Origin: Pseudomonadota bacterium | GTDB lineage: Bacteria; Pseudomonadota; Alphaproteobacteria; Rhizobiales; Xanthobacteraceae | Reading direction: 5' to 3' | Assembly (NCBI GenBank): GCA_049323835.1 | Contig: JBMOOJ010000104.1 | Span: 9,692-73,691 of the forward strand | Length of the DNA stretch: 64,000 nucleotides | Translations under genes and position numbers: made by a program | In this document: positions 30,084 to 40,163 of the stretch, one piece after another | Position numbering within the stretch: position 1 is the first letter of the stretch | Layout: each line of letters opens with the position of its first letter | The notes under the pieces: generated by a model | Databases searched by the model: none | The model's input: only the letters and a program-made list of their open reading frames with translations | What the model was told of the DNA's origin: nothing

Positions 30084-30842
30084 TCATGCGCCGAGATAGG
30101 CCGCAACGACATCCGGGTGCGACTGCACCTCGGCCGGCTGCCCCATCGCCAGCACCTTGCCGTAGTTCAGCGCGATCACGCGATCGGACACCCGGCTGAC
30201 CAGCGACATGTCGTGCTCGACCATCAGAACGGTGATGCCGAGCTCGCTCTTCATGTCGCGAATCCAGAACGACATGTCGGTCGTCTCCTCCACGTTCAGT
30301 CCGGATGACGGCTCGTCGAGCAGGATCAGCTTCGGCTCGGTGCAAAGCGCCCGCGCCAGCTCGACCACCTTGCGGACGCCGTAAGGCAGACCCGAGATCA
30401 CGCGATCGCGATACGGTTCGAGATCGAGAAACTCGATCACCTGCTCGACCTTGTGACGGTGCATCTTCTCGTCACGCCGCACGCTCGGCATGAACAGCAC
30501 TTCCTGCCAGAGGCTCGACGTGCAGTGGCGATGGCGGCCGACCAGCAGGTTGTTCAGCACCGACGCATTCTCGAACAGCTCGATGTTCTGGAAGGTGCGC
30601 GCGATGCCGAGCTTGGCGATGTCATAGGGCGCATCGTTGGTGATGTCGCGATCCTCGAAGTACAGTTTGCCCGTGGTGGGATTGTAGAGCCGCGAAATCA
30701 GGTTGAAGATCGAGCTCTTGCCGGCGCCGTTCGGGCCGATGATCGACAGGATCTCGCCTTTCTCGATCGCAAAGCTCACGGAATCGACGGCCTTCAGGCC
30801 GCCGAAGTGCAGCGACAGGTTCTCGGCGCGAAAGTAGCTCAT
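30084..30842 (-). CDS. ABC transporter ATP-binding protein (LivG-like)
   Basis: GPNGAGKSS and ILLDEPSSG motifs. ATG 30842 overlaps the permease stop (ATGA). Confidence 0.85.
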   Translation of the reverse strand: MSYFRAENLSLHFGGLKAVDSVSFAIEKGEILSIIGPNGAGKSSIFNLISRLYNPTTGKLYFEDRDITNDAPYDIAKLGIARTFQNIELFENASVLNNLLVGRHRHCTSSLWQEVLFMPSVRRDEKMHRHKVEQVIEFLDLEPYRDRVISGLPYGVRKVVELARALCTEPKLILLDEPSSGLNVEETTDMSFWIRDMKSELGITVLMVEHDMSLVSRVSDRVIALNYGKVLAMGQPAEVQSHPDVVAAYLGA

Positions 30843-31990
30843 CGATTTCGCTCCGACTTCATGTAGATCTTCTGCCGTTTGAAAGTGGCGCGCTTGTAGA
30901 GCGGGAACAGTTGGAAGAAGAGCTTGATCTTCAGCCAGCGCCCGTAGAGGCCGAGCGGTTCGAACAGGATGAACGCCATGATGATGAAGCCGTAGATCGC
31001 GCCTTTCAGGCCGTTGGCGGACGCAATTGCGGACACAGTCCTCTCGATCTCCGCCGCTTTCGCGGCACCCGCACCGAACAGCATCGAGAAGTTTGCGATC
31101 GCGCCCGGGATATCGTCCTTCAAGAACGTCAGGAACGGATCGATCATCACGACGAAGATCGCGCCGAGCACAGCGCCATGCAGGCTGAATGCGCCGCCGA
31201 TCAGAATCACCATGATGAATTCGATCGACAGCGCCAGCGTGAACATCTCCGGCGATATGAACGACAGCTTGTGCGCATAGAGACATCCGGCAAGGCCGGT
31301 GATCGCCGCACTGATCGCAAATGACTTCACCTTGTAGAGGGCGACGTTGATGCCCATGCTCTTCGCGGCCGTCTCGCTGTCGCGGATGGCGACAAAGGCG
31401 CGGCCGGTCGGCGAGCGCATCAGGTTGATTGCACCGAGAATGATCAGCAGCAATACACCCATGCACAGATAGTAGAAGGTCGGACTGTCGCGCGGGATCG
31501 TCGTGCCGAGCATCTCGATGGTCTTGACGCGCAAGCCTTCGTTGCCGTGGGTGACGCTTTCCCAGCGCGCTAGGATTTCCTCGACGATGAAGGCAAAGGA
31601 AATAGTAGCGATGACGAGATAGATGCCCTGCAGGCGCAGGGCCGGAAAGCCGACCATCGCGCCGATCAGGCCGGTCAGAAGCCCCGCCGTCAGGAAATAG
31701 ACAGGAAACGGCACACCATGCTTCTGCAAGTAGGCCGTGGTGTAGGCGCCGATCGCCAGAAACGCCGCATGGCCGAGCGAAGCCTGCCCGGTGAAGCCGG
31801 TCAGGATCAGCAGCGCGACACCGACGATGGCGTAGATCGCGACGAACACGAGCTGGCTGACGAGATAGCTCGAGAGCACGAATGGCGCGATCACAAGCAG
31901 CGCCAGAAGCGTGCCGTAGGTCCACACGTAGCCCGCATGCGGAAAAAGCTTGATGTCGTCTTCGTAGTCGGTCTTGAAGAGAAACTTCAT
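30839..31990 (-). CDS. ABC permease (LivM-like)
   Basis: Polytopic; GQASLGHAAFLAIGAY motif. Start at ATG 31990. Confidence 0.85.
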   Translation of the reverse strand: MKFLFKTDYEDDIKLFPHAGYVWTYGTLLALLVIAPFVLSSYLVSQLVFVAIYAIVGVALLILTGFTGQASLGHAAFLAIGAYTTAYLQKHGVPFPVYFLTAGLLTGLIGAMVGFPALRLQGIYLVIATISFAFIVEEILARWESVTHGNEGLRVKTIEMLGTTIPRDSPTFYYLCMGVLLLIILGAINLMRSPTGRAFVAIRDSETAAKSMGINVALYKVKSFAISAAITGLAGCLYAHKLSFISPEMFTLALSIEFIMVILIGGAFSLHGAVLGAIFVVMIDPFLTFLKDDIPGAIANFSMLFGAGAAKAAEIERTVSAIASANGLKGAIYGFIIMAFILFEPLGLYGRWLKIKLFFQLFPLYKRATFKRQKIYMKSERNR

Positions 31991-32003
31991 TGGACGCTTC
32001 CCC

Positions 32004-32879
32004 TCAGACTTTCTTGCGAACGTGCAGGCCAAAGATGCCTTCGGGCTTCAGCAGCAGCACGGCCAGCAGCACGAGATAGGGAGCGACATCCTTCCAGCCC
32101 TGAGGCAGGTAGAAGCCGGCCATGCTTTCGATCACGCCGATCAGCACGCCGCCAACGACAGCTCCGGGGATCGATCCGAATCCGCCCAGCACGGCCGCCG
32201 GAAACGCCTTCAGTCCCAGCACCAGGCCGACGTTCGAATGGATGAAGGTGATCGGCGCGAGCAGAACGCCGGCGCAGGTCGCAACCGCAGCCGAGATCGC
32301 CCAGACGATCGCCACGACGCGCTTGACCGGAATGCCCATGTAATAGGCAGCGAGCATGTTTTCCGACGTCGCCCGCATCGCCGTGCCGAGCGTGGTCTTG
32401 TTGAAGAACAGATAGAGCAGCAGGCACAGCAGCAGCGTCGCCGCGATCACCGAGAGTTTGTCATGCGCGAGCACGAGGCCGCCGAGCCGCAGCACGCCCT
32501 GCGAGAACGGCGTCTCGATCTTGAGGTCGTCGGTACCCCAGATCATGCCGGCGACGGAGCGCAAGAAGAAGCCGAGGCCGATCGTCGCCATGACGATGGT
32601 GAACTGCGGATAGCCGAGGATCGGCCGCACGATCAGCCGCTCGGCAACCATGCCGCACGCAGCCATCGCGATCACCGCGCCGAGAAATCCGAGCCAGTAG
32701 TTGAAGCCGAGGATGCCGATGAAGGTGAAGGCGAAGAAGCCGCCCAGCATCATCAGGTCGCCCTGGGCGAAGTTGACAACTTCCGTTGCCTTGTAAATCA
32801 GCACGAAGCCGAGAGCGATCAGGCCATAGACGCACCCAAGCGCAATTCCGCTCACTAGCTGCTGAACGAAGTCCAGCAT
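32004..32879 (-). CDS. ABC permease (LivH-like)
   Basis: MLDFVQQLVSGIALGCVYGLIALGFVLIYKAT.. Start at ATG 32879. Confidence 0.85.
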   Translation of the reverse strand: MLDFVQQLVSGIALGCVYGLIALGFVLIYKATEVVNFAQGDLMMLGGFFAFTFIGILGFNYWLGFLGAVIAMAACGMVAERLIVRPILGYPQFTIVMATIGLGFFLRSVAGMIWGTDDLKIETPFSQGVLRLGGLVLAHDKLSVIAATLLLCLLLYLFFNKTTLGTAMRATSENMLAAYYMGIPVKRVVAIVWAISAAVATCAGVLLAPITFIHSNVGLVLGLKAFPAAVLGGFGSIPGAVVGGVLIGVIESMAGFYLPQGWKDVAPYLVLLAVLLLKPEGIFGLHVRKKV

Positions 32880-33489
32880 CGCGATCGTCCCTCCCCCTGT
32901 CGCACAGCGATTTTTATCGTCTTGTGCGTGCAGCAACCGCGTCTTGTTTTTGTTTTTACGTTCGTGGACGAACGCAGCGTCGCTCGAAGCATAGTGCCAA
33001 ATCACGACGGCAAGTCAACACGATGCGGACTGCCCCGCAGCTTCATCAGATGAAATGCGTGCACGAGAAAATCTCGTTGGCGCACGATATGCCAAGCATC
33101 ATTTCATGTGCTGGTGTGCTCCGCGATCATCGTGCGCAGCATGTGTATGCTCATGTTGCAGTCATCCCCGGCAGCGATGCTGCGACAGCACGTCGCTGGA
33201 CGACGCAAACCCGCAGCAGCCCGCGACCATGTCCGGCGGTCACGGCAAGGAGATTGCGAGTGTTGGCAATTGACTTCGTATCGCAATGTAGCGCGCAGCA
33301 TTTGCTGCTGCGTTGCAACATGGTGTCATGGCACCACAATTTAATTTGAGCGATTCCAAATTCCTTGCCGGGACTTCTGAAGCGGCTCATTCTTTGCCCG
33401 CCCCGCGCGCCGACCCGGTGGGCGCCGGACGCAGTCTCGATGGTCCAAATCGTCGCCGTAAGTGACGCCAGCACCGGAGGGGAAGAAGC

Positions 33490-33978
33490 ATGCCCAACCT
33501 CAATATCAATGGGCGGAATGTGTCCGTCGACGCAGCGGGAGATACGCCGCTGCTGTGGGTCATCCGCGAACAACTGCAAATGACGGGAACGAAGTTCGGC
33601 TGCGGTGCAGGTCTCTGCGGCGCGTGCACGGTTCATGTCAACGGCGAAGCCGTGCGCTCGTGCCAGACGCTGGTGAGCGAGGTCGGCAACAAGAAGATCA
33701 CGACCATCGAGGGGCTCAGCACCAAGGGCGATCATCCGCTGCAGAAGGCATGGATCGCGGAACAGGTGCCGCAATGCGGCTACTGCCAGTCCGGCCAGAT
33801 CATGCAGGCTGCTTCCCTGCTCGCGAAAAACAACAACCCCACCAAGGAGGAAGTCATCGAGCACATGGACGGCAATCTCTGCCGTTGCATGACTTATTCC
33901 CGCATCCAGAAGGCCGTGATGCGCGCCGCCGCCGATATGCGCACGGCCGCCACCGCCAGCGATCGGAGGAACACATGA
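33490..33978 (+). CDS. (2Fe-2S)-binding small subunit of a molybdenum hydroxylase (IorA-like)
   Basis: GCGAGLCGACTV and CGYCQSGQ cluster motifs. 162 aa. Confidence 0.9.
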   Translation: MPNLNINGRNVSVDAAGDTPLLWVIREQLQMTGTKFGCGAGLCGACTVHVNGEAVRSCQTLVSEVGNKKITTIEGLSTKGDHPLQKAWIAEQVPQCGYCQSGQIMQAASLLAKNNNPTKEEVIEHMDGNLCRCMTYSRIQKAVMRAAADMRTAATASDRRNT

Positions 33979-36266
33979 CCAAGCATGTGAAACCCGCCGC
34001 TCCCGAAGCAACCGACCTCTCCCGCCGCTCGTTCCTCGTCGGCTCCGCCGCCACCGGCCTCGCGCTCGGCTATGCCGGCGTCCCCGGTTTGCTCGGCGCC
34101 GATCAGGCTCTCGCCGCGCCCGGCAATTTCGAACCGAGCGTCTGGTACGGCATCGCGCCGAACGGTCTCGTCACCGTGACCTGCGGCAAGGCCGACATGG
34201 GCCAGCATATCGCCTCCACCATGGCGCAGATCGTCGCTGAAGAACTCGGCGCCGACTGGAAGGACATGCGTGTCGTGCTCGCGTCCAACGACCCGAAGTT
34301 CAATGATCCGGTGCTCGGTGCGCAGATCACCGGCGGCTCGTGGTCGACAATGATGAACTTCGATGCGATGAGCCGCGCCGGCGCCGCCGGACGCATCGCC
34401 CTCACCGAGACGGCTGCCGGCATCATGGGCGTGCCTGCATCCGAACTCGTGGTGCGCGATTCCAAGATCACGCACCCGAAGTCGAAGAAGTCCATGTCGT
34501 TCGCCGACGTCGTCAAGAGCGGCAAGATCAAGAAGGCCTTCACGCCGGACGAATTGAAGGCGATCAAGCTGAAGACGCCGAACCAGTACACGCTGATCGG
34601 CCAATCGGTGCCGCAACTCGACATCCCGCCGAAGGTCAACGGCACCGCCAAGTACGGCATCGATAACTTCGTGCCGGGTATGGTTTACGGCAAGCTCGTG
34701 CTGCCGCCGGTGCGCTACGGCGCAAAGGTGACGGCTGTCGACGAGTCGGCCGCGAAGAAAGTCCCGGGCTTCATCAAGGCCGTCGTGGTCGAGGACAAGA
34801 CCGGCACCACCACCGGCTGGGTCGTCGCCGTCGCCAGCACGTATCAGGCGGCGAAGAAGGCCGCCGACGCCCTGAAGGTGACGTGGGACAAGGGGCCGAA
34901 CGCGAAGGTGACGAGCGAATCCCTGCTCGCGGAATCGAAGCGCATCCAGGCGCTCAACGATTCCGGCCTCTACTTCGTCAAGACCGGCGACGCGGCCGCA
35001 GCACTCGGCACCGCCGCCAAGGTGATGGAGGCGGAGTACACCACCAGCATCAACATTCACGCGCCGATGGAGCCGATGAATGCGACCGCCGAGAAGAAGG
35101 GTGACATCTGGCACCTTTATTCCGGCAATCAGTTTGCGACCCGCACAGGTGCGATCGCGGCCGCCGCCGTCGGCGTCGACCCGAAGTACGTGGTGATGCA
35201 TCAGATGTGGCTTGGCGGCGGCTTCGGCCGGCGTCTCGACGGCGACATGATGATCCCCGCCATCGTCGCCGCGAATGCGGTCGGCAAGCCGGTCAAGGTC
35301 ATCTACTCGCGCGAAGACGACATGACCATGGACTTCTCGCGCCCCCTGACCTTCCAGAAGATCAAGGCGGGGCTGGATGCGGACGGCAAGCTCGTCGCCA
35401 TGGAGCATGACGTGGTCGGCGCATGGCCGACGAAGCGCTGGGGAATTCCCGAATTCCTCACGCCGTCGGTCGACAAAAAGGGCGGCCTCGACGGCTTCAC
35501 CGTCAACGGCGCGGATCACTTCTACACCGTGCCGAACCACAGTGTCCGCGCCATCCTCAATGAAATGGCGCAGAACGCGACACCATCCGGCCAGCTCCGC
35601 TCGGTCGCGCCGGGCTGGACGTTCTGGGCGGTCGAAAGCATGCTCGACGAGCTCGCGCACTCCGTCGGCAGGGACCCCGCGCAGTTCCGCATCAGTATGC
35701 TGGACGGCAAGGGAGAGAATGCCGGCGGCGCCGAGCGGCTGCGCAATACGCTCCTCGCCGCGATGGGACTGTCGGGCTACGGCTCGAAGAAGCTACCGAA
35801 GGGCGAAGGCATGGGCGTCGCGTGCGTCTCCTCGCAGGAGCGCAAGACCGCAAGCTGGACGGCGTGCGTCGCGCACGTCGGCGTCGACGGCTCGGGCAAC
35901 GTCAGCGTCAAGAAACTGACGATCGCCACCGACGTCGGCACGCAGGTGCATCCCGACAACATCCGCGCTCAGGTTGAAGGCGCGGCGCTGTGGGGACTGT
36001 CGCTGGCACTGTACGAGAAGGCCACCATGAAGGATGGCGCGATCGAACAGACCAACTTCGACAGCTACACGCCTCTGCGGATGAGCCAGGTGCCGGAAGT
36101 GGCGATCAGCGTCATCGCCAACGGCGAAGGCCCGACCGGAGTCGGCGAACCGGCGGTGACGGTGGTGGCGCCGGCGATCGGCAACGCCATCTTCAACGCG
36201 GTCGGCGCGCGCGTTCGTGCGTTGCCGATCACGGCGGAAGCCGTGAAGGCCGGCATGAAGGCGTAA
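33975..36266 (+). CDS. Molybdopterin-binding large subunit (IorB / aldehyde oxidoreductase-like) with Tat signal
   Basis: ATG 33975 overlaps the iorA-like stop (ATGA). Tat motif SRRSFLVGSAATG. Sequence is xanthine-dehydrogenase-family beta-subunit-like. Confidence 0.9.
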   Translation: MTKHVKPAAPEATDLSRRSFLVGSAATGLALGYAGVPGLLGADQALAAPGNFEPSVWYGIAPNGLVTVTCGKADMGQHIASTMAQIVAEELGADWKDMRVVLASNDPKFNDPVLGAQITGGSWSTMMNFDAMSRAGAAGRIALTETAAGIMGVPASELVVRDSKITHPKSKKSMSFADVVKSGKIKKAFTPDELKAIKLKTPNQYTLIGQSVPQLDIPPKVNGTAKYGIDNFVPGMVYGKLVLPPVRYGAKVTAVDESAAKKVPGFIKAVVVEDKTGTTTGWVVAVASTYQAAKKAADALKVTWDKGPNAKVTSESLLAESKRIQALNDSGLYFVKTGDAAAALGTAAKVMEAEYTTSINIHAPMEPMNATAEKKGDIWHLYSGNQFATRTGAIAAAAVGVDPKYVVMHQMWLGGGFGRRLDGDMMIPAIVAANAVGKPVKVIYSREDDMTMDFSRPLTFQKIKAGLDADGKLVAMEHDVVGAWPTKRWGIPEFLTPSVDKKGGLDGFTVNGADHFYTVPNHSVRAILNEMAQNATPSGQLRSVAPGWTFWAVESMLDELAHSVGRDPAQFRISMLDGKGENAGGAERLRNTLLAAMGLSGYGSKKLPKGEGMGVACVSSQERKTASWTACVAHVGVDGSGNVSVKKLTIATDVGTQVHPDNIRAQVEGAALWGLSLALYEKATMKDGAIEQTNFDSYTPLRMSQVPEVAISVIANGEGPTGVGEPAVTVVAPAIGNAIFNAVGARVRALPITAEAVKAGMKA

Positions 36267-36385
36267 CGCTGGACGTAACAAACGCCGCCGGGATCATCAT
36301 TCGCGGTGCTCCCGGCGGGTTTTTGTTTGCGTCGTGCACGCAGCTACCCTTATCTGGTTCGCACCAACAACAAGAAGAAATCGCG

Positions 36386-38293
36386 ATGCTGGATACGACG
36401 AACGCCAAATCCTCTCCCGACCAGCTTCGCGCCGGTCTCGACGCCGCCGATCCGGCGACGCTCATGCTCGTGCTGGTGCATCTCACCGGCGAACGCGAAT
36501 GGCTGGAGCGCGCGCGTCCGCACCTGCGTGGACCGATGAGCTATCAGGAGTTCATGCCGCAGGAACTGCGCCGCGCGATCCGCGACCGGCTTTACGGGGT
36601 TCTCTCGCAAGGCGGCCCCTTCGCAGCCGAACCCGACGACGCGCTGCTGCGCGAGATGATGTCGGTCGCGGCCGGCGAGCCGATGAGCGAAGACTACATT
36701 GCGATGATGCGCGAGGACCTGACCCTCGACACCCTCGACTCCCGCGCCATGAAGTGGCGCAACGAACCGGGCCGCGACGCAAAGCAGGCTTGCGACGTAC
36801 TGATCATCGGCGCCGGCATGTCCGGCATCTATGCCGGCATTCAACTTCAGCAGGCCGGCATTCCGTTTCGCATCTTCGAGAAGAACGAGGCGGTCGGCGG
36901 CACCTGGTTCGAAAACACCTATCCCGGCTGTGGCGTCGACACGCCGAACCACTTCTACTCGTTCGCGTTCGAACCGAACCATGAATGGTCGCACTTCTTC
37001 GCCAAACGCAAGGAGCTGTGGAGCTACTTCGAGCGCGTAGCCGACAAATATGACCTGCGCAAGCACATCGCTTTCCGCACCGAAGTCATCGAGGCCGCCT
37101 TCGATGAGGCAGCGGCGCGCTGGCATGTCACCGTGCGGAATCCGGACGGCAGCATCGCGACGCATACCGCGCGCATCCTCGTGTCCGCCGCCGGCATCCT
37201 CAACCGGCCACGCCTGCCGGACATTCCCGGACGCGACAGCTTCAAGGGTCCGGCATTCCACACCGCCGAATGGAACAAGAGTTTCGACTGGCGCGGCAAG
37301 CGTATCGCGCTGATCGGCACCGGCGCGTCAGGGCATCAGGTCGGCCCGGCGATCCAGCCGGACGTCGCGCGGCTGATGATCTTCCAGCGCTCGCCGCACT
37401 GGGCGGTGCCGAACCCGAACTATCACCTCGGCGTCAGCGACGGAAAGAAGTGGGCGCTCGCCAACATTCCGACCTATCTGCGCTGGTATCGCTTCCAGCT
37501 GTTCTGGGGATTCGCCGACGGCCTGCACGCGGCATTACAGCTCGATCCGAACTGGCCGACGCCGGATCGCTCGCTCAACGAAGTGAACGAGCGGCATCGT
37601 ATCTTCATGGAACGGCACATCCGCAAGGAAATCGGCGACCGGCCCGATCTGCTGGCGAAGGCCATTCCGCCGTATCCGCCCTATGGCAAGCGCATCCTGA
37701 TCGACAACCACTGGTACCGCATGCTGACGCGGCCGAACGTCGATCTCATCACCGACAAGATCGCCGCGATCGAACCGAACGGCATCCGCATGGCCGACGG
37801 CACGCTATGGGAGGCCGACGCGCTGGTGCTCGCGACCGGCTTCCTCGCCATGAAGATGCTGCACCCGATGAGGATCATCGGCCGCCAGGGACAAGAAATT
37901 CACGATGTCTGGGGCGATGACGATGCCCGCGCCTATCTCGGCATTACCGTGCCGGATTTCCCGAACTTCTTCATGCTGGTCGGCCCGAACACGGGCCTCG
38001 CCCACGGCGGCAACCAGATCTTCATGGCCGAGTGCCAGGTGAAGCACATGATGCTGGCGCTGCGCGACATGCTGGAGAACGGCCATCGCACGATCGAGCC
38101 GAAGCAGGACGTGCACGATCGTTACAACGAGAAGGTCGACGAACTGCATCGCGGCATGGTGTGGATGCATCCCGGCATGACCAACTGGTATCGCAACCGT
38201 CACGGCCGCGTGTTCGCGATCTCGCCGTGGCGGCTGGTCGAATACTGGCGGATGACGTCGAATTTCGAGCCATCCGACTACGTACTGGGCTAG
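36386..38293 (+). CDS. Type I Baeyer-Villiger monooxygenase with a ~135-aa N-terminal extension (HAPMO-like)
   Basis: GAGMSG at about residue 142, BVMO fingerprint FKGPAFHTAEW, second Rossmann motif GTGASG. 635 aa. Confidence 0.8.
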   Translation: MLDTTNAKSSPDQLRAGLDAADPATLMLVLVHLTGEREWLERARPHLRGPMSYQEFMPQELRRAIRDRLYGVLSQGGPFAAEPDDALLREMMSVAAGEPMSEDYIAMMREDLTLDTLDSRAMKWRNEPGRDAKQACDVLIIGAGMSGIYAGIQLQQAGIPFRIFEKNEAVGGTWFENTYPGCGVDTPNHFYSFAFEPNHEWSHFFAKRKELWSYFERVADKYDLRKHIAFRTEVIEAAFDEAAARWHVTVRNPDGSIATHTARILVSAAGILNRPRLPDIPGRDSFKGPAFHTAEWNKSFDWRGKRIALIGTGASGHQVGPAIQPDVARLMIFQRSPHWAVPNPNYHLGVSDGKKWALANIPTYLRWYRFQLFWGFADGLHAALQLDPNWPTPDRSLNEVNERHRIFMERHIRKEIGDRPDLLAKAIPPYPPYGKRILIDNHWYRMLTRPNVDLITDKIAAIEPNGIRMADGTLWEADALVLATGFLAMKMLHPMRIIGRQGQEIHDVWGDDDARAYLGITVPDFPNFFMLVGPNTGLAHGGNQIFMAECQVKHMMLALRDMLENGHRTIEPKQDVHDRYNEKVDELHRGMVWMHPGMTNWYRNRHGRVFAISPWRLVEYWRMTSNFEPSDYVLG

Positions 38294-38715
38294 CGCCCGC
38301 CTTCATCAGCAGCGGGTGGCCGCGCGCGGAGCGAAGCAATCTTCCAGCTGTCCCCTTCCTTGCGGACGGCAAAGACGATCTCTCCTTCGACATCACGCGG
38401 CGGCGAGTCCGGCGGAATGCAGACGCCGCTCATCCGGTAGGTCGCATCGGCCTCGGCCGCCGCGGCGCCGTGCATCGTCACGCGATGAACCAGCGTGGCC
38501 GTGATCACCGCCTTGCGATAGCTCGGCTGCTGCTTCTGCTCGGTATAGAGCCGGATCGCTTCGTCGATTCCATGCGACGTGCGCCCCGTGGCGCTGATGA
38601 TCTCGATATCATCCGTGAGAAGCGCGCGGTAAGCCACCGGATCGCGGCTGTTCCAGACAATGCGGCGACGTTCGAGCAGGTCGCGGATCGCCCGCTCTTC
38701 CGGAGCGCTCGTCAT
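38290..38715 (-). CDS. NTF2/SnoaL-like (DUF4440-type) small protein
   Basis: 141 aa. ATG 38715 overlaps the upstream stop (ATGA). The pattern ..IRDLLERRRIVWNSRDPVAYRALLTDD.. is typical of SnoaL-like folds. Confidence 0.55.
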   Translation of the reverse strand: MTSAPEERAIRDLLERRRIVWNSRDPVAYRALLTDDIEIISATGRTSHGIDEAIRLYTEQKQQPSYRKAVITATLVHRVTMHGAAAAEADATYRMSGVCIPPDSPPRDVEGEIVFAVRKEGDSWKIASLRARPPAADEGGR

Positions 38716-39065
38716 GATTCGTCCGCGACAAGAATTGTCAGCACCGCATGAAAGCTGATGCTCGCCTTGCCGACCAGCGCGGTGCCGAACACTTTCGCTG
38801 TTCCGCTCGCGTAGCTGCCAGAGAAGCCGCAGCTGACATCGCGGCCGCCGAAAACGAAGTTCGTACCGATCGCCTCCGTATGCTGATGGGTGATCAGCTC
38901 GCCGCTCCACTTGCCGGCCTGACAGGTGTAGGAGCCGGTGTAGTAGAAATAGCTATCGCCGCCGAGGATTGCGCCGTCACGCAGCAAGATCACGCCGGTC
39001 GCGCGTCCCCGCGCGCCGTCGCGCATGTCGATACTGATCGCGTAAAGGCCGTTCCTGATCGGCAA
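38712..39065 (-). CDS. Hypothetical small beta-rich protein (GrlR-like lipocalin family?)
   Basis: The sequence ..GVILLRDGAILGGDSYFYYTGSY.. resembles the GrlR-like family as I remember it. The first codon is TTG, and the nearest in-frame ATG is at 39026. Confidence 0.45.
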   Translation of the reverse strand: MPIRNGLYAISIDMRDGARGRATGVILLRDGAILGGDSYFYYTGSYTCQAGKWSGELITHQHTEAIGTNFVFGGRDVSCGFSGSYASGTAKVFGTALVGKASISFHAVLTILVADES

Positions 39066-39170
39066 GGATGGAGCCTGGTTTCATGACGCGGAGCGGTCGA
39101 GACTTACCGCAAACGTCCGCGCTCGGTCCAGAGCGGCCGGCGCGAGGCAGCGGCGCAACGCGCCGGAATG

Positions 39171-40163
39171 TCAAAGCGTCGGCGTCTTCGTCACCGACAC
39201 GCGGATCGCCGCCCACGGAGCAGCATCGTCGAGCTCGATCCGGCCGCCGCGCATCGACAGGCCGAGCTTCTGCCAAATGCCCGCAAGATCGGGTTCCATC
39301 GGCTTCAGCCCCATCTCGTCATAGAGCCGCGTCATGACGTCGACGCCGACCGCCGCATCCGCCGTTTCCAGCACCTTGCGCAACGACCACGAGCGTACCT
39401 CGTGGTTGCCGCCGGCGGCGAGAACGCCACGCATGGCGTCCTGCAATCCAAAACGGTTGTCGGTGCGCTTGCGGATTTCGAGATCGGCGATCATGCAGAA
39501 GATCGCGCCGCCCCAATAGGTGCGGCCCCAGGTCGGCGTGTGATCGAGTCCGCGATCGCCGCCGCCCGGCATGCCGTTCGGCATCCCGCGCATCATCGAG
39601 CGCCAGACATCTTCCGGTGCGAGCTGTCCCGCCTGCACGCGCGCGATCGGCTCGATATAGACGGCGAGCCCCTCCGACAGCCAGTTGTGCCGCTCGCGCA
39701 GATCGGGCAGCGCCAGATGCACCATCTCGTGCACCATAATCCAGTCGCGCAGCAGATCCGCTTCGCTGGCATCGCTGCCGAGCGTAATGCGAATCGCGCC
39801 GCCGCGATAACCCCATGTGGTGCCGCCCTGCACGCCGCGTCCGTTCACCGGAACGATGAGCAGTTTAACCTTCTTCAGCGGAAACTGTCCGTAGTAGGTC
39901 GAAACGGCTTCCGCGGATTTCCTGACCCAGCCGAGCACCGTCTCCTGCGGCAGCGCGATGCGCCCCGGCGCGAACGCCACCTGAATGGTGCCGCCCCCGG
40001 CCTGAATTTCGGTCTTCGGCAGACGCTCGAATGCGTCGTAAGGCATTCCGACACCGCCGAGATACTCTGACTGTGCGCCCGAATGGGTCGAGAACAGGCC
40101 GATGAGCAAGCCGGCTCCGACCAGCGCCACCGCGACAATGCGCAAACCGCGTGAGCGCATCAT
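39171..40163 (-). CDS. Exported HExxH zinc metallopeptidase (gluzincin, M1-like active-site region)
   Basis: N-terminal signal/TM segment (LRIVAVALVGAGLLIGLF). HEMVH followed by NWLSEGLAVY, resembling the HExxH..W-L-x-E-G motif of clan MA. The start overlaps the upstream stop. Confidence 0.65.
   Translation of the reverse strand: MMRSRGLRIVAVALVGAGLLIGLFSTHSGAQSEYLGGVGMPYDAFERLPKTEIQAGGGTIQVAFAPGRIALPQETVLGWVRKSAEAVSTYYGQFPLKKVKLLIVPVNGRGVQGGTTWGYRGGAIRITLGSDASEADLLRDWIMVHEMVHLALPDLRERHNWLSEGLAVYIEPIARVQAGQLAPEDVWRSMMRGMPNGMPGGGDRGLDHTPTWGRTYWGGAIFCMIADLEIRKRTDNRFGLQDAMRGVLAAGGNHEVRSWSLRKVLETADAAVGVDVMTRLYDEMGLKPMEPDLAGIWQKLGLSMRGGRIELDDAAPWAAIRVSVTKTPTL

Noticed and set aside
27212-30199. 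995-aa plus-strand ORF
   Set aside because: It is antisense to the acyl-CoA ligase and ABC ATPase genes. Its Arg/His/Asp-rich composition has no recognisable motifs.
33151-35660. Minus-strand ORFs of 286 and 588 aa, and the 5' extension (33462-33974) of the 934-aa plus ORF
   Set aside because: The minus-strand ORFs are antisense to, and the extension is out of frame with, the iorA/iorB-like genes. Those genes have clear cofactor motifs and an ATGA-coupled start at 33975.
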